Source: a virus. Taken from it: DNA of 64,000 nt. Where the stretch lies: the IMG/VR virus record IMGVR_UViG_3300027754_005427, positions 1 to 64,000 of that record, one strand, 5' to 3'. This document shows, one piece after another, positions 1 through 9,587 of this stretch. The position numbers were made by a program, and so were the translations under genes. Each line of letters starts with the position of its first letter. Position 1 is the first letter of the stretch. Under the pieces are notes generated by a model. It made no database searches, was not told the origin of the DNA, and saw only the letters and a program-made list of their open reading frames with translations.

Positions 1-272
1 GTTGTAGTCGTTGTAGTTGGTGCTTCTGTTGTCGTTGTTGTCGTTGTTGTAGTCGTTGTCGTTGGTGCTTCTGTTGTCGTTGTTGTAGTCGTTGTAGTCG
101 TTGTAGTTGGTGCTTCTGTTGTCGTTGTTGTAGTCGTTGTCGTTGGTGCTTCTGTTGTCGTTGTTGTAGTCGTTGTTGTAGTCGTTGTTGTAGTTGTAGT
201 TGGTGCTTCTGTTGTAGAACCACCACTATCAAGAGAAAATATTGTTCTTGTTCTTGTTCTTGTATTTTTCAT
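1..272 (-). CDS. Thr-rich mucin-like repeat protein (partial, runs off window)
   Basis: ATG at 272 gives MKNTRTRTRTIFSLDSGGSTTEAPTTTTTT..., open to position 1 with repeated T(n)EAP units; not in ORF track. Confidence 0.75.
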   Translation of the reverse strand, partial: MKNTRTRTRTIFSLDSGGSTTEAPTTTTTTTTTTTTTTTTEAPTTTTTTTTTEAPTTTTTTTTTTTTEAPTTTTTTTTTTTTEAPTTTTT

Positions 273-376
273 AAATTTACTACTTACTTATTTCCATAAA
301 ATTAATAATTTATATATTATTTATATTTTAATAAATGTTACTTTTATTCATATTAAATTTTACCAATCAAATAAAA

Positions 377-964
377 TCATCTTGGATCATTAGTATGTAT
401 ATTTATTATTTCTTTTGCTTCTAGAAGTAAATCTTCATTTAAATCTTCATCTTTATAAAACATAGCAAAAGAATCAACTTGTTCTTTTTTATTTGCTATT
501 TTTTCAATTTCTTTATAATAATTTCTTCCTGTATTTTCAATTGGATAATCATGTATTAACAAAGTGCAACCAACAGGAGCATTTATATAAGTATGAATAA
601 AACTAGAAACTCTAAATCTGCCATCTATCAAACAAAGATTAAAACTTTTGCCAACACAATATTGTTGATACAAAGACCAATTTTCTATTTTGCTTATGCT
701 TATTGGGTATCCCCAATTATTATCATCTGAATTAATATCGATATAGTCAATTTTAACATCTTTATCAATGAAATTTAAACTTGCATTTACTGTTTCTATA
801 TACATAGGTACTGTTTCAACAGAACGAATAATTTTAATTGATGGTTCTAAAAAAGCAAGTATTGTGCTTTCTCCAATCCCATATTCGAGATATGAAAAAG
901 ATGAACTTAATTTTTTTAAAAAATATTCTTTTTCTATGTTTGTAAAGGTGCTTTGAATTGACAA
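377..964 (-). CDS. class I SAM-methyltransferase-like protein
   Basis: YLEYGIGEST and LCLIDGRFR...LIHDY motifs. Confidence 0.55.
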   Translation of the reverse strand: MSIQSTFTNIEKEYFLKKLSSSFSYLEYGIGESTILAFLEPSIKIIRSVETVPMYIETVNASLNFIDKDVKIDYIDINSDDNNWGYPISISKIENWSLYQQYCVGKSFNLCLIDGRFRVSSFIHTYINAPVGCTLLIHDYPIENTGRNYYKEIEKIANKKEQVDSFAMFYKDEDLNEDLLLEAKEIINIHTNDPR

Positions 965-1083
965 TATTTTACTTTCTTAATTATTAAATAGTTATTTACA
1001 AAATAATTCTTGCTTTTAATAAAAGAATTATTATATTTACTTTGGAATTAAATAAATTGTCATATTTTTTAAAGGAATTTAAC

Positions 1084-1656
1084 ATGGCAAAGAAATCAGA
1101 CTGCACATATAACAAGATTGTAAAAAAGATTATTACATTTAAACATAAAGGCAAGGACTTTTTATACGAATCTCTTGCCCCTGAAAATCTACCAATTAAT
1201 TATAAACGGTATGAAATACTAGAAGGCATTAAAAAAGAAGAAGTAGAAGATTTCAAAGTGCAAGTTATCTATTTTCCACCAGATATTGAAGCTCATTTTC
1301 AAACTTGGTTTTTTAATTCAGATAAATGTAAAAGTTCGATTGGAAAATTGAAAGCAAATAAGAAGCCTGTGCTGAAGAAGCCTGTGCTGAAGAAGCCTGT
1401 GCTGAAGAAGCCTGTGTTGAAGAAGCCTGTGTTGAAAAAGCCTGTGTTGAAAAAGCCTGTGTTAAAAAAGATAATAATAAACAATAAGTACACTTACATG
1501 TGTGATAAGCCAGTAAAGATAGGTAGCGAGGTTAAATTACCAACTCCGCAGTGGATGCGTGAGTTTCAAGATAGTACATGGGTTGGCAAGGTTACTAGTT
1601 TAAAAAGTGATTATAATGGTGTATGTGAAAGTGTAATTGAAGTATTAAAAAAATAG
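1084..1656 (+). CDS. hypothetical basic protein with (KKPVL)7 repeat
   Basis: Start moved to ATG 1084 (AAGGA SD upstream); sigma70-like TTGCTT-N16-TATATT at 1010-1037. Confidence 0.7.
   Translation: MAKKSDCTYNKIVKKIITFKHKGKDFLYESLAPENLPINYKRYEILEGIKKEEVEDFKVQVIYFPPDIEAHFQTWFFNSDKCKSSIGKLKANKKPVLKKPVLKKPVLKKPVLKKPVLKKPVLKKPVLKKIIINNKYTYMCDKPVKIGSEVKLPTPQWMREFQDSTWVGKVTSLKSDYNGVCESVIEVLKK
1360..1464 (+). repeat. 15-bp tandem repeat x7 (AAGAAGCCTGTGCTG, KKPVL)
   Basis: Read directly; synonymous variants change progressively along the array. Confidence 0.95.
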
Positions 1657-1661
1657 TTTAT

Positions 1662-2927
1662 TTATTGTAAAATTTTAAGTCCTATAACAGGAGCTATTTC
1701 TGATAAATATTTAATATTATTTTTGCTTAAAAAAGGCTTATCAGATAAAGCTTCTTCTAATGATTCTTTGATATTTTTCAAGAAGTAATCAAAATGTTCT
1801 TGTAATGCAGACTTAAGTGCTTTTCCATGTTTAACAACTATTTCATAAACATTAATAAGATAATTAAAAATATTATCAGATGTAAACATATCTTCATAGA
1901 ATTCGTTAGCCCAAAAATAACTCTTTAAATAATAAACGGAATCAAGGTTTTGATTTTTTGATAGAATTTCCAATTGTTCTATTTTATCTTGATTATTTAT
2001 TGCTTTAAGAAACGCATCAATAATACTATCTTCTGCATATGAGTTGTTGTTTAATTCAAACAATTTATCTAATGGTAACGCATAATCTTTAGGTACTGCT
2101 TTTGCCCCGAACCATTTATCTGCATTTTTAGATCCTTCTATGTTTATTATTTTTAGTAATTCTTTTTTTAAAAAAGGAGCATTGGTTAAGTATTTATCAA
2201 CATAAAATTTTAATTGAGATACAGCTTTAATATTATTAGCCTTCCAGTCTTCTGAATCTTTTTTACCTTTAGAAGAATAAATTGTTCTGTGGTTTCCGCT
2301 TTTTCTATTAATAATTTCAATAAAGTCTAGCAGATCATTATCTAACAAAGGTTTTGCAGCTTGTTCCATAAAATCTACAAGTTTATTAATTAAAGATGTT
2401 GCATCAATAGTTTCAAAGAATTGTGCCCATGATCCTGTAGCTCTAGAAACAGAAACACTTTTTGTCAATTGATGAGTGGCAGATTGTCCTAGTTCAAAAT
2501 CAGGTAATTCTTGGCCAGTTGTAAAGCCAGTTTTTACTAGATCTACATCAAGTTTTTGTCCTATTTCTTTTTCAGCATTAGAAATATGTTTATCAATGAA
2601 TGTACCTTCTTCTTTATAAGGAATGGGTTTTAATCCATTTTTTTGAATTATTTGTATTAAGTTTTTAATAAACCCATAATCTGCTCCTGAACCAGCATGA
2701 AGGGGAGAATTTCTAATTATGCCTACATGAGTTGACTTAGCACCAATTGAAGAGTAGCCATTTTTTTCAGCTTTAAAAGCAGCTATAAAGTATTCAGAAT
2801 GTCCTTTATCCCATTGATAATAAAAATCAAAAGAAATGACATCTTTAGCAGGAATCAAAACAGCATCATCTTTTTGCCATTTTACGATTATATTTTCAGA
2901 TAGTATTAGCCATTGTTTAAAGTTCAT
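1662..2927 (-). CDS. hypothetical protein with MNFKxWL leader
   Basis: 421 aa ORF, N-term MNFKQWLILSE. Confidence 0.8.
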   Translation of the reverse strand: MNFKQWLILSENIIVKWQKDDAVLIPAKDVISFDFYYQWDKGHSEYFIAAFKAEKNGYSSIGAKSTHVGIIRNSPLHAGSGADYGFIKNLIQIIQKNGLKPIPYKEEGTFIDKHISNAEKEIGQKLDVDLVKTGFTTGQELPDFELGQSATHQLTKSVSVSRATGSWAQFFETIDATSLINKLVDFMEQAAKPLLDNDLLDFIEIINRKSGNHRTIYSSKGKKDSEDWKANNIKAVSQLKFYVDKYLTNAPFLKKELLKIINIEGSKNADKWFGAKAVPKDYALPLDKLFELNNNSYAEDSIIDAFLKAINNQDKIEQLEILSKNQNLDSVYYLKSYFWANEFYEDMFTSDNIFNYLINVYEIVVKHGKALKSALQEHFDYFLKNIKESLEEALSDKPFLSKNNIKYLSEIAPVIGLKILQ

Positions 2928-2953
2928 AGTTTATTTACAATTATTTGTTAAGT

Positions 2954-3943
2954 TTATCTTTGTTTAAGCATCCAATCATCTGGAAGTCCATTTTCTTTAG
3001 CAATTTCAATATCTGAAGGATACCAAACATTGGTTGCATTTTTTGTGTTATTAATGAAGTCTTGGTATGCTGCTCTTCTAGCATTTAAAAAATTCTTAAA
3101 TTCAGGAGGATATTTTCCAAGTTCTTTGTATCTTGTTGCAAGTTCTTTTGTTTGTTTGTTGCTTTTTAATTCAGGTTGAAGCTCAATCCAATCATCTGGA
3201 AGTCCATTTTCTTTGGCAACATCTATGTCTGAAGGATACCAAGTATGTTTTGATTTAATGTTATTAATGAAGTCTTGATATGCCATTCTTTTTTTATTTA
3301 AAAAACTCTTAAATTCAGCAGGATATTTTCCAAGTTCTTTATATCTTATTGCAATTGCTTTTACTTTTTGATTGCTCATTAGTTCATTTTGTCTTTCCAT
3401 CCAATTATCTGGTAGTCCATTTTCTTTGGCAACATCTATGTCTGAAGGATACCAAGTATATCTTGATTTAATGTTATTAATTAAGTCTTGGTATGCGATT
3501 CTTTTTTTATTTAAAAAATTCTTAAATTCAGCAGGATATTCTCCAGTTCCAAGTTCTTTGTATCTTATTGCAAGTTCTATTACTTTTTGGTTACTTGCAA
3601 GTTCACGAGCAAGTTCATGATTAGAATTTTTAGAATCAAACAAGCCAGACATATTGTTTTTATCTAAGATATCTTCATCTGTTGGGAAATAATTAATATT
3701 AATAATTTTAGCAGTTTTTCTGCTTTGCAAGAAGTCTGCTAGCATAACTTCTTCTGAATCAATATTATAAGAAATTTCACCGCTTGTAGTATGAGTACCA
3801 CCAAGTATTGATGTTTTTTTAGAAGGATTTCTGTTGTGGGTTTTTATCCAATCACATAACTTTTGAGTTAATTGATTAGATTCTGCTTCTTTAAAAGGGT
3901 CATGTATACTTTCAGAGATTAATAGCCAGCTTTTAAAGTTCAT
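2954..3943 (-). CDS. leader-bearing protein with three ~70-aa helicase-associated(HA)-like repeats
   Basis: MNFKSWLLISE; 3x SNxxxxxLAxRYKELG..YPxEFKxFLNxxRxAYQD..WYPSDIxxAKENGLPDxW. Confidence 0.75.
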   Translation of the reverse strand: MNFKSWLLISESIHDPFKEAESNQLTQKLCDWIKTHNRNPSKKTSILGGTHTTSGEISYNIDSEEVMLADFLQSRKTAKIININYFPTDEDILDKNNMSGLFDSKNSNHELARELASNQKVIELAIRYKELGTGEYPAEFKNFLNKKRIAYQDLINNIKSRYTWYPSDIDVAKENGLPDNWMERQNELMSNQKVKAIAIRYKELGKYPAEFKSFLNKKRMAYQDFINNIKSKHTWYPSDIDVAKENGLPDDWIELQPELKSNKQTKELATRYKELGKYPPEFKNFLNARRAAYQDFINNTKNATNVWYPSDIEIAKENGLPDDWMLKQR

Positions 3944-3946
3944 AGT

Positions 3947-5659
3947 TTATTTATTTTGTTCTTTTTGTTTTTGTATTAAATAATCTTTAACTGTTTGTGT
4001 TTTTGCATTATTGATAGTAAATGGGAAATCTTTTGGTTGTAGTATAAAACTTTTTTCATCAAAAAAGTATTTTAAAACATCAAGTTCTCCAGAAAGACTT
4101 GCAGATTTTACATCGCCAGATGTGATATTTTTCTTTTTTTCATCAATCAAATATTTTAAACCATTAAGGTTTCCATGCATTGCTGCAATACTAACAGCGT
4201 TATAAGGTATTGAGATATTTTTTTCATCAATTAAGTATCTTACAATATCAATATTATTTTGTCTAAAAGCATCTTCAATATCACTGTGTAGTACATTAAT
4301 ATTTTTTTCTTCAATCAAGTATTTTAAAATATCAAGTTTGCCATATTTTACTGCATACATAATTGGATTAGAAGAATCTAATATAATGCCGTGTTTTACA
4401 AAATATTTTAATAGGTCAAGTCTATCTGCCTTTATTGCGTGACCAGCAGCATAATATGGGACGCTTTGTCCTTTTTCGATCAATTCTGTTACTAGAGAAA
4501 AGTCTTCAATTTGAAGAGCTTTGTGAATTTTTAATTCATCAGTAACATTATAAAATTCTTCTTGTTGTTTTGGTGTAAATAAATTAAATTCTTCTTTAGA
4601 AAGATCTTCATGTTGTCTATCTAATATCAATCTATTATGCAGATAAATATCTTTTAATTCTTTTTTAGCAATAACTTTTTTAAGCTGATAATTTTCAAGT
4701 TTCAAACCAGTTTTAACATATTGTTTTAATAATGAAGCAATATTGTTATCATGTATATAATCAAATTGAGGATCTGAAAGTCTATGTACTCTTCCTATGT
4801 AATTAGATTTTTCTATTGGTGATAGTGCTTTAAACCAATTTAAATTATAATTTGTTTTACCTAATTTTGCCTGTTCAGCTTCTTCTTCTGGTGATTTTGG
4901 TATATTTTTGAATACAGTTGTATCAATTCCTTTTTCTTTTAAATATTTAAAGTATAAATCTGGGTCTGATGTTATTCTTTTTGGTGTAGTTTGATAAGGA
5001 TCTTGCATAGTTTTTGCTGTGTCGTTTTTTCGATCTGTAAGTTCAATACCATGTTCTGTTACATCAACTACAGTAATTGCAAGGTCATCAGTTCTTGTGT
5101 TATCATAAACGAAGTAGAAAGTTGATACTTTAGTATCTCTGTAAGTTTGGAACATATTATGTGGGCCGTGTCTTGATATACAGAAAGATTCACCTTTGCC
5201 GAGTACGATACATTGATTTGCTGAGTTTGCCAGATAAACCTTTATCTTAAGGTCTGGTGAATGTTCGATTACTTCTTGGCCTTCAAGATCGCCTTGTATT
5301 GGTGTATTGATAACTTTGCCTTCATGGGTTAAAACATCAATTATTTCAGTCCAATGGATAAAAGATTTAAAATCGCCATCAACAGTAAGGTCATCTTTTA
5401 CTGTAATGATGTTCATTTTTTGGTTTTTTACAAGATTGGCATAATCTTCCAAGTAGTCTTTTAGAACCACAATTTGTGGCTCTTCTTGGTTGTAGTAGAA
5501 TGCAGCGATGGGAAGTAATTGACCTTGTAATTTTTCTGGTATATTTGTTGGAATGATAGATTTTATTTTTTTAAATAAATCATCGTTGCCGAGAAGTTCT
5601 TTGGCAATGTCGCTTGATTTCTTTGCTTCAGTTATTAATAGCCAGCTTTTAAAGTTCAT
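3947..5659 (-). CDS. leader-bearing protein: conserved FCIS (PcfJ-like?) domain plus C-terminal ankyrin-like repeats
   Basis: MNFKSWLLITE; N-terminal ~350 aa homologous to 24685 and 27130 genes; C-term AVKYGKLDILKYLIEEK / AAMHGNLNGLKYLIDEK repeats. Confidence 0.8.
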   Translation of the reverse strand: MNFKSWLLITEAKKSSDIAKELLGNDDLFKKIKSIIPTNIPEKLQGQLLPIAAFYYNQEEPQIVVLKDYLEDYANLVKNQKMNIITVKDDLTVDGDFKSFIHWTEIIDVLTHEGKVINTPIQGDLEGQEVIEHSPDLKIKVYLANSANQCIVLGKGESFCISRHGPHNMFQTYRDTKVSTFYFVYDNTRTDDLAITVVDVTEHGIELTDRKNDTAKTMQDPYQTTPKRITSDPDLYFKYLKEKGIDTTVFKNIPKSPEEEAEQAKLGKTNYNLNWFKALSPIEKSNYIGRVHRLSDPQFDYIHDNNIASLLKQYVKTGLKLENYQLKKVIAKKELKDIYLHNRLILDRQHEDLSKEEFNLFTPKQQEEFYNVTDELKIHKALQIEDFSLVTELIEKGQSVPYYAAGHAIKADRLDLLKYFVKHGIILDSSNPIMYAVKYGKLDILKYLIEEKNINVLHSDIEDAFRQNNIDIVRYLIDEKNISIPYNAVSIAAMHGNLNGLKYLIDEKKKNITSGDVKSASLSGELDVLKYFFDEKSFILQPKDFPFTINNAKTQTVKDYLIQKQKEQNK

Positions 5660-5849
5660 GTAGGTATTTATGGTAGTAAATTTAACTTTACAAGGTCATT
5701 TTTATTTTACTAATTACAAAGATCAATAAATTTTTTCAAATAATCATTAGCATCTTTAGAATCACAGTCATCTTCAACTAGTGCTTTTTTATTTTTATTT
5801 GTACAAATAAAAGAAACTATTTCTAAAGCTGTTGGATTATTTTTTAAAA

Positions 5850-7751
5850 TTAAGCATCCTCATCTAAAACAGAAAGAAAATTAGTCACACAACTATTTTC
5901 TTCTTCAAATTTTCCATGTAATGCATTGATGTATTTTATTTTATTACTATCAATATGAATATTTTCAAATATTTCTTTTAAACCACCATTTTTACAAAGT
6001 TTGGCTAATGTATTTTTGTCTGAATAATGAATTAAGTTGCTAACACCACTCTCTCCATTGCCATCAATCCCACAAATTAGCATATGCAATAGCACATCTG
6101 GATTTTCAACAATGTCAAAGTTTTCGTTTTCTCCTTTTAACAACTCAAGTATATGATAATTTCCAAATACATTGCTCCAATTGTATTCATTCCATGTATC
6201 TGCAAAAACAAATTCTAATAATTCCAAGAAGTCTTTTTGACTTGGCGACTTTTGGATGAAGTAATAAATATTATCTGCGTCATATGGGGTTATAACTTTT
6301 ATAAATTTTACATATTCTTCTCTGATGCTGTTGTGGAATGACTCAAAAATTGTATTAGCTTCATTAGTAGATGTTTTTTCTATTGTTGAAAACTCAAATT
6401 TACTTAAAAACTCAAAAATTTGTTTTTCACAGTTTTCGTAACAATTTAAAATAATTTTTCTACATATTACTTCTAACGGAAATAGTACTTTTCCATTGCC
6501 ATCTTGAATCTTTGTAATTTTTACAAAAGTAGAAATGCTAATTCCTTTTGGCAATATTTCATTTGCTTGATCTATAAACCAACTATGATTTTTGATTTTA
6601 TCATAATAATTATTTGCTAGATTAAACACAAAGTTATCTTTATCACCATCCCAATATTCAATCATTGGATAAAAGACATCATTTTCCAGAGAAGTCTTTG
6701 TGTTTTCTTCAATATAATTTAAAGTTAAATTTATGATCTCGTTGTGATTTTCTAAATTCATGCTTAAAATATGTTTCAAGTTATATAAAGTTTCCATTGG
6801 ATTTTCTTTTAATTGTTCTTTTATAGATTCTCTTATATTATCAGGCTTAGATTTTAAAAATCTATTAAAAGGCTTTACTTCTTTCCCATCTGAATTATGA
6901 AAAGGAACTTCTTTTGGAATTGATTGTTTTAAAAAATCATATTCAAGAGGTAACAAAAAACTAACTTCATTATCTTTACTGTCTTTAAATTGTACATTTT
7001 TTCTTTCTATTCCTTTTTCATCAATAGTTGGCGGGGAATTTTTGAGAGAAAACTGGTATCTTGGTTTATTATTATATAAAAGAATATAAACTGGTACATA
7101 TTTGTATTCTTTATGATAATCACCAGTTGCTGTAGCTGTACACCAATCTGAGCTTCTACCTAAAGAGCAAAACACTCTGTGTCTTGAATTTATTTCATCT
7201 TCAGTATTATTTACTACAGGTGGAACATAATACAAGGAAAATCCATCATGCTCTGCAACTAGTTTTTTGTACTTAGAATCTGCATCAATCGTAATTCCTT
7301 TTTTTGAAAATAATTTATTTTTTGTATTAGAGATTTTGTTTTCTTCTTGTGATTTTTCAATTATATTATTTTTAGCTAATTTTCCTAATCCAAACCATCC
7401 TATTGAACCAATTGTTCTTTTAGTTATTTTGCCATTTGAAATCATTTCTATAGTAACATCTATAGCTCTTTTTAAATCTTCTAATCTAAAGTCTGGTTTT
7501 GTTTTAAAGAATCCTAAAGAAAACCTAAACCAATTTTTATCTTCCAAAACTTGAGTTCTCCCAGAAATTTTTGGTTCAAGACTTTTTTCGTGAATTGCAT
7601 TAGAAATTAGATTTTTAATCGTATCGTTTATCAATTCATACTGGATTAATTCTTTTTTTGGATCTATATATTTTACAAAATCATCCAACATATGATCGAA
7701 CATGTCATATATTAGCGATTCTTTTAGCAACCATTCTTTAAAATTTTGCAT
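5850..7751 (-). CDS. leader-bearing protein with WCT (PcfJ-like?) domain and helical C-terminus
   Basis: True start likely ATG 7751 (MQNFKEWLLKE); LGRSSDWCTA..Y..Y..VYI..RYQF..QFKDSKDN motif. Confidence 0.7.
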   Translation of the reverse strand: MQNFKEWLLKESLIYDMFDHMLDDFVKYIDPKKELIQYELINDTIKNLISNAIHEKSLEPKISGRTQVLEDKNWFRFSLGFFKTKPDFRLEDLKRAIDVTIEMISNGKITKRTIGSIGWFGLGKLAKNNIIEKSQEENKISNTKNKLFSKKGITIDADSKYKKLVAEHDGFSLYYVPPVVNNTEDEINSRHRVFCSLGRSSDWCTATATGDYHKEYKYVPVYILLYNNKPRYQFSLKNSPPTIDEKGIERKNVQFKDSKDNEVSFLLPLEYDFLKQSIPKEVPFHNSDGKEVKPFNRFLKSKPDNIRESIKEQLKENPMETLYNLKHILSMNLENHNEIINLTLNYIEENTKTSLENDVFYPMIEYWDGDKDNFVFNLANNYYDKIKNHSWFIDQANEILPKGISISTFVKITKIQDGNGKVLFPLEVICRKIILNCYENCEKQIFEFLSKFEFSTIEKTSTNEANTIFESFHNSIREEYVKFIKVITPYDADNIYYFIQKSPSQKDFLELLEFVFADTWNEYNWSNVFGNYHILELLKGENENFDIVENPDVLLHMLICGIDGNGESGVSNLIHYSDKNTLAKLCKNGGLKEIFENIHIDSNKIKYINALHGKFEEENSCVTNFLSVLDEDA

Positions 7752-7783
7752 ATCGGTATATATAAAAAAACTATAATAAAAAT

Positions 7784-7814
7784 GAACTACTGATTTTTTA
7801 TAAATTAGTAGTTT
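7784..7814. repeat. inverted repeat, second copy at 60514-60544
   Basis: GAACTACTGATTT-TTTAT-AAATTAGTAGTTT. Confidence 0.7.
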
Positions 7815-7837
7815 GTCAGCCACTGTTTAAAGTTCAT
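7805..7837 (-). pseudogene. orphan leader-only mini-ORF MNFKQWLTNY*
   Basis: GATAAATACCTAC-ATGAACTTTAAACAGTGGCTGACAAACTACTAA; upstream ATAAATACCTAC identical to that of the 5659 start. Confidence 0.65.
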
Positions 7838-9584
7838 GTAGGTATTTATCTATTAGCTCTTGAATTTCTGGTGTTTTCTTTGTGTGATAGTGATTTAAAA
7901 CTTGTGCCATTTTTTGTTTATCTGGGAATTTATTTATGTATTCATTCGGAAAATCAAGCAGACGATTAATAGAAGTTAATTCGAGCTTGCTTATATTATC
8001 TGTTCCTAACAGCTTTGCTATATTTTCTTTGTTAACTGCATAATAAAGCAAAATATAAACACTCTCATTATCAAAATTTGTTTTATAATCTATGATTATT
8101 TCTGCCAGTTTGTCTTTGTCGATTGCAAAATGGAGCAAATTAGAAATATCAAACTCATAAATATTGCTTATATTATATGCTCCTAATAGTTTCGCTATAC
8201 TTGCTTTACTTTTTGCAAAATGAAGCAAATTATAAACATTGTTACTAGAAAGTTTTGTTTTGTATTTTATGATTATTTCTGCCGTTTTGTCTTTATCTTT
8301 AGAAGATTTAAGAAATTCAGCAACAGTACTATCAAAAAGCTTATTTAAGCTATACGCTCCTAATAGTTTTTCTATGCTTTCTTTATCAATTGCATGATAA
8401 AGTAAGTAATAAATTTTATTATCATTAACAACTTTATTACTTCCATATTCTGTATTTTTCTCAATGATTAATTTTGCTATTTCGTCTTTGTTAGTTACTT
8501 TATCAAGTAAAGTAGAAACATCTTTAGTAGAAATCGTTGGTTTGTTATTTAAAATAATTTTAGCCATATCGTCTTTGTCATGTGCAAATTCAAGTAAATA
8601 AAGAACAATAGCATCAGAAAGTTGTGGGTTCTTTTTAATTATTATTTTTGACATTTCGTATGTGTTTTTTGTATTTTTAAGTAACTGGTGAACATTGTCA
8701 TCGGAAAGATCTTGTTTATTTTTAATAACTAAATTTTCTATTTTTTCTTTGTCTTTTGCTTTATCAAATAGATATTCAATGTCTTCATCAGTAAGATATT
8801 TTATTTTTTCTGGTTTTGAATGATAGTTTACAAAATCTAAATCTGGTTTTAATTTGAGTAGTTCTTCTTTATTACTTAAATCATCTAATGAAAAATTATT
8901 TTTTGGTAAATACCCACCGCCCTTGATGGTTATTATTTTGTCATTTTTAAGTAATTCTATTATTGGTTGATGAAATTTTGGAGATGGTTTTGAATTTTTC
9001 ATACCTTTCATTTCGCCTAATATTCCTTTATTTTCGATAAAAGTAAGATTTGCTATATTTTGCGGATCTCTTAAAGATAGGATGTTATCTCCTTCTATAC
9101 CAGCAGCATTACCACAATGCCCACCACTTTTTGCTTCCATTTCGCACTTATAACGATCTAAGGAAACCCATCGCCAGCCTTTCCATTGAGATCCTAAATG
9201 AGATAAATCTATAAAAGTTTCAGCTTCTCTAGCTGGGATTGCTTGGTTTGCTTCTAATTCTTCGTGCCATTCATCTGATTCTTGTGTTAGTTGTTCAAGT
9301 GTGAAGTTTGGATCGGTTAAATTTAGTTTTTGGTAATTAGCCATTAAATAATCTTTAGTGGAATAAATGTGGGTTTGAAAGTTTGATTCTTTTGAATTAT
9401 AAAAGTTCCAAGTATAAAAGTTAATGAAAGTGGATTTGATGTTTTCTTTTATGTTGTGAGCGAAAGCATTTACAAGTTTTGTTACATTTGATTTAATTTG
9501 TTTTATTATTGGATCATTGGATTGCTTTAATAATTGAGCAATGTTTGTGTTTTCAGATAATAATAGCCAGCTTTTAAAGTTCAT
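7827..9584 (-). CDS. leader-bearing PcfJ-like domain protein with C-terminal ~27-aa helical repeats
   Basis: MNFKSWLLLSE; SDEWHEEL..EAKSGGHCG..LSLRD..EMKGMKNSKP; about ten LSxxxVxxLLxxAxDKxxxAxIII repeats. Confidence 0.75.
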   Translation of the reverse strand: MNFKSWLLLSENTNIAQLLKQSNDPIIKQIKSNVTKLVNAFAHNIKENIKSTFINFYTWNFYNSKESNFQTHIYSTKDYLMANYQKLNLTDPNFTLEQLTQESDEWHEELEANQAIPAREAETFIDLSHLGSQWKGWRWVSLDRYKCEMEAKSGGHCGNAAGIEGDNILSLRDPQNIANLTFIENKGILGEMKGMKNSKPSPKFHQPIIELLKNDKIITIKGGGYLPKNNFSLDDLSNKEELLKLKPDLDFVNYHSKPEKIKYLTDEDIEYLFDKAKDKEKIENLVIKNKQDLSDDNVHQLLKNTKNTYEMSKIIIKKNPQLSDAIVLYLLEFAHDKDDMAKIILNNKPTISTKDVSTLLDKVTNKDEIAKLIIEKNTEYGSNKVVNDNKIYYLLYHAIDKESIEKLLGAYSLNKLFDSTVAEFLKSSKDKDKTAEIIIKYKTKLSSNNVYNLLHFAKSKASIAKLLGAYNISNIYEFDISNLLHFAIDKDKLAEIIIDYKTNFDNESVYILLYYAVNKENIAKLLGTDNISKLELTSINRLLDFPNEYINKFPDKQKMAQVLNHYHTKKTPEIQELIDKYLHEL

Positions 9585-9587
9585 AGT

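Noticed and set aside
5709-5860. ~50-codon open frame after the 5850 gene (..LKNNPTALEIVSFIC..) and a tiny MLNFKK* ORF
   Set aside because: Could be a frameshifted C-terminal remnant, but it has no start or motif support; too weak to call
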